Notes under the pieces: model-generated | Databases searched by the model: none | The model's input: only the letters and a program-made list of their open reading frames with translations | What the model was told of the DNA's origin: nothing | NCBI GenBank assembly: GCA_965112735.1 | Contig: OZ218958.1 | Location: 1,116,001 to 1,180,000 of the forward strand | DNA from: Phaeosaccion multiseriatum | Lineage: Eukaryota; Protista; Ochrophyta, other classes | DNA length: 64,000 bases | Direction: 5' to 3' | Made by a program: the position numbers and the translations under genes | Part shown: positions 61,301-64,000 of the stretch, piece by piece | Numbering within the stretch: position 1 is the first letter of the stretch | Layout: each line of letters begins with the position of its first letter

Positions 61301-61865
61301 GGGGGCCCAAAAAAAACAGCGTACTGGTACTGGTACTGCTTCTGATGCTGCTTCTGCTGCTGCCTCTGATGCGGCCGCTGCGGCCGCTACTGCCGCTGCT
61401 GCCGCGTCAGCAGCGCCGTCGTTGGGCGGCTTGAGAGAGGGAGACATGGCCTTCACATGCTCGTATGGCTGTACTAAGCCCTCGCAAGTCAAGCTGTTCC
61501 TCTGCCCATCCGAAAGAGCGTGTGGAAACCTCGTGCACCACATGTGCACCGTCGAGTTTTGCGACAGCAAGGGTTTTGTGGAAGGCGATTTTGACTACTA
61601 CTGTAAGCCATGCATGATTGAGGACGGACACTAAGTGTGTCTGTAAATATGAATACCATTGTTATCGTGGTAATACCATTATATCGTCATATCATAGCGT
61701 AGTATATTTTCCCCTGTAGCAGGGGCAGACACACACACAAAAAAAGGAGGGGGGGGGGAAGGGGCGCTACTGGTCCATATTGGGTACTGTACTAAAAATA
61801 CCCACTTTTAAAAAAATTGGGTACTAAAAATACCCACTTTCACCGAGTGGGGCATCTCGCCCCAC
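58310..61865 (+). mobile_element. Crypton-type tyrosine-recombinase DNA transposon, apparently intact
   Basis: A single recombinase gene with one intron, AT-rich flanks, and similar palindromes at 58310-58326 and 61847-61865. No reverse transcriptase. Boundaries are inferred. Confidence 0.75.
58583..61634 (+). CDS. Crypton tyrosine recombinase (~966 aa) with a GCR1_C-like domain and a C-terminal PHD-like finger; exons 58583-59339, 59491-61634
   Basis: Candidate catalytic set: WNLMCR (R), KQKGDQ (K), THSGRKG (HxxR), RMGW (W), QGIYF (Y). Also REGKAPMPF, RHVYANP..PEICP, DQYVGR and ATGIPPHV blocks typical of Crypton/NDC10-like proteins. The intron has a CTGAC branch site at 59441 and the first downstream AG at 59489-59490. 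Confidence 0.85.
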
Positions 61866-62091
61866 CAAAACCGGTCATCAATAGTTTATTGGCCCCCTAA
61901 CGGCGCAGACCCAATATAGGAAAAGAAAAGCTCCTGCACATGGCCTGGGGGCCCAGCAGCAATGGGATCAGGCGTGAGAGAAGAAGGTATTGAGGCTGTG
62001 CTGTGAGCCGACAGCGCCCCTGCCAGTTGGGAGAGGAGGATAGCCACAGGGCTGGTGAACGAGAAGATGGCGATGGTGACAAGACCACCCC

Positions 62092-64000
62092 ATGGCGTGC
62101 CATCATCATCGCCGCCTGTGTGCCTCTGGCAGGAGTTTGTGGACAGCCAGGACCCCGGACCCCATCCAGAAGTATGACGACAGCACGCCTGGTCGTCTGG
62201 GCTCTGGCTCCGCACGAGACCTAAGCATGCGGTCTTGGCCGAGGTGGGGGGCGGAGCCCCAGCCACGACTGGGCCCGGAGGGCGAGAAGTGGGATGGGGG
62301 CGCGTTAGAAGCGGCCCTCAAACGCAACGGCGCCACCCCCGAGGAGGAGGAGGAGATAAAGCAAGAGCAGGTGAAGGAGTCAGTGCGTACGTGGGGGAGC
62401 GAAGGAGGGAGTAAAATGGGCCAGTGACTGAGTGAGTTTGTGGAGGGAGAGTGAGTGAGTGAGTGCGTGCGTAAATTGAAAACTGAAACTGTAACCTTCC
62501 GGATCGGATCGATCTAAAAAAAAACATGGCTTGCTTTTCAATGCTTGTGCTGCTGCTGCTGCTGCTGCTATCGCAGCTGCAGGGGCTGATGGCTGACAAG
62601 TGCTCTGAGCTGTGCACGGGAATGCTCAGAGATTTGGAGAGCCACATCGCGGGGGCGTGCTCAAAGGTCAGAGGATCCGCAGCCGTTACAGCGATGGCTC
62701 TTGCTGCTGCTGCCCGTGCGCTTCCGCCTTCCGCCTCCCTGATGTCCTTTACAATGCTTTTCCTTATCCTTCTTGACGCTTTCGCCCTGTCCTGCAGGCC
62801 AAGAGAACACTGCCCAAGCCCAAGGTGTTTAATAGTTGCAAGGTACACAAAAAAAAGAGGAGTAGCAGCAGAGACAGTAGAGGCAGTGGAGGGAGTTTGA
62901 CCGTGATCGATCGGACTGGTGTGAGCAATGCAGCGGCACATACAGTAGAAGCCGTGGAGGGGCTTTGCCCCTCCCACTCTGAGTGGAGCAGGGGTGTGGT
63001 AAGCCTCCTTTCCACATGTATTCTCGCTCTCATCTTCTCCTGCTCTCCCCTCTGTATTGTTTCTTCCGTCTGACCACAGAGCGGCTACACATGGGCATTT
63101 GAGGACATGTGCGAGGAGGCTTGTTTACTGCACGGGACCGGCAGACCGCCCCAGAGTGACGAGGTCCAGAGGTGTCGGGCGATGGACAGGGCCATGCCAA
63201 AGGTGAGGGAGGAGCTGCTCTACTCCACCAAGAAAGGCCCTCGCAGCCGAAGGTTGTTTTAGACCCACCTGCTACAGCTGCTCCACAATTTCCCTCGCCC
63301 TCCTCTCACCCACTAATGATACTCATGAACTCCCGTCCTGCTGGCCCTGCCCTCTGACTGCCACATTATCGCTTCACAGCCTGCCATGCATCAGTTTTGC
63401 TTGGACGGGTACCGCGCTGGTGCTGCCGAAACGCAGTCTCGCCTGAGTGGAGCCATCGGCAGCTTGCCTCCGGACGAGAGGGAGGCGCTCCTGAACAAGA
63501 ATCGGGCAGACTTAGGGACGTCAGCAGCGAGCCTCAACAGAGCCAACGATATGAGGAGGCAGGAGGAAGAGCGACAAAAGAAGCAGCAGCAAAAGAAGCA
63601 AGAAAAGAAGATGAAGGATGAGGGGGATAAGAGGCTGCGCGAAGCCAAGGCGAGGGAGAAGATGGAGGGCCCTACGCATCCGCAGGAGGAGGGAAATGGA
63701 CGGAGAGAGGCGGGAAAGCTGCAAGAGCTGAGGCGAAAAGACGAAGACCGGTTGTGGCAAAGGCAAGCGCAGGAGCTGGCAGCAGAGGAGAGGAGGAAGA
63801 AGAAGGAGAAGGAAGAGCAGGAGGCACGGCAGCAGCAAGAGCACGAAGAGCACCAGCACCTACCAGAGGAGCAAGGTCGCACTGCGGAGCAGAGAGAGGC
63901 ACTGCAGAAGAGAAAGCGTCTCGAAAGGCAGGAGGACCAACGCAAAAAGAAGATGGAACAGCTGCGGCAAGAGCAGGAGGGGCCCGGGGTGACAAGCACG
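62092..64000 (+). CDS. Uncharacterised Cys-motif plus coiled-coil protein, truncated by the window end; exons ~62092-62370(or 62383), 62577-62666, 62798-62842, 63080-63202, 63380->64000
   Basis: Phase-0 GT-AG joins give two copies of a C...(L/M)PKP.....C..GY motif followed by an E/K/R/Q-rich coiled coil. The 5' end is ambiguous. Confidence 0.65.

Overview
Eukaryotic nuclear DNA, GC-rich, with many spliceosomal introns filled with microsatellites. A bipartite plastid-targeting presequence on an EGY-like protease suggests a photosynthetic stramenopile (ochrophyte); this is inference. Genes reconstructed by hand with phase-consistent GT(GC)-AG splicing: ZIP metal transporter (-), plastid M50/EGY-like protease (-), RBBP6/Mpe1 (+), FUN14 protein (+), degenerate PAP2-family protein (-), a 28-exon ~3,090-aa helical-repeat protein (+), a secreted Cys-rich/mucin-like protein (+), a secreted alpha-carbonic anhydrase (-), an apparently intact Crypton tyrosine-recombinase transposon with a PHD-like finger (+), and a Cys-motif/coiled-coil gene that runs off the window end (+). 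There is also a decayed ORF carrying a TTAGGG insertion and a MITE-like element. The most unusual signals are: (1) a 13-bp word GTATCACCAACTG with at least 8 exact and 9 single-mismatch copies, on both strands, in introns and in exons of unrelated genes in different reading frames, plus further dispersed words; (2) lox-like palindromes bracketing the Crypton; (3) a Cys-rich module shared by the carbonic anhydrase and its neighbour; (4) polarised G-rich to C-rich introns, some made of branch-point-like repeats. All counts and coordinates were made by eye.
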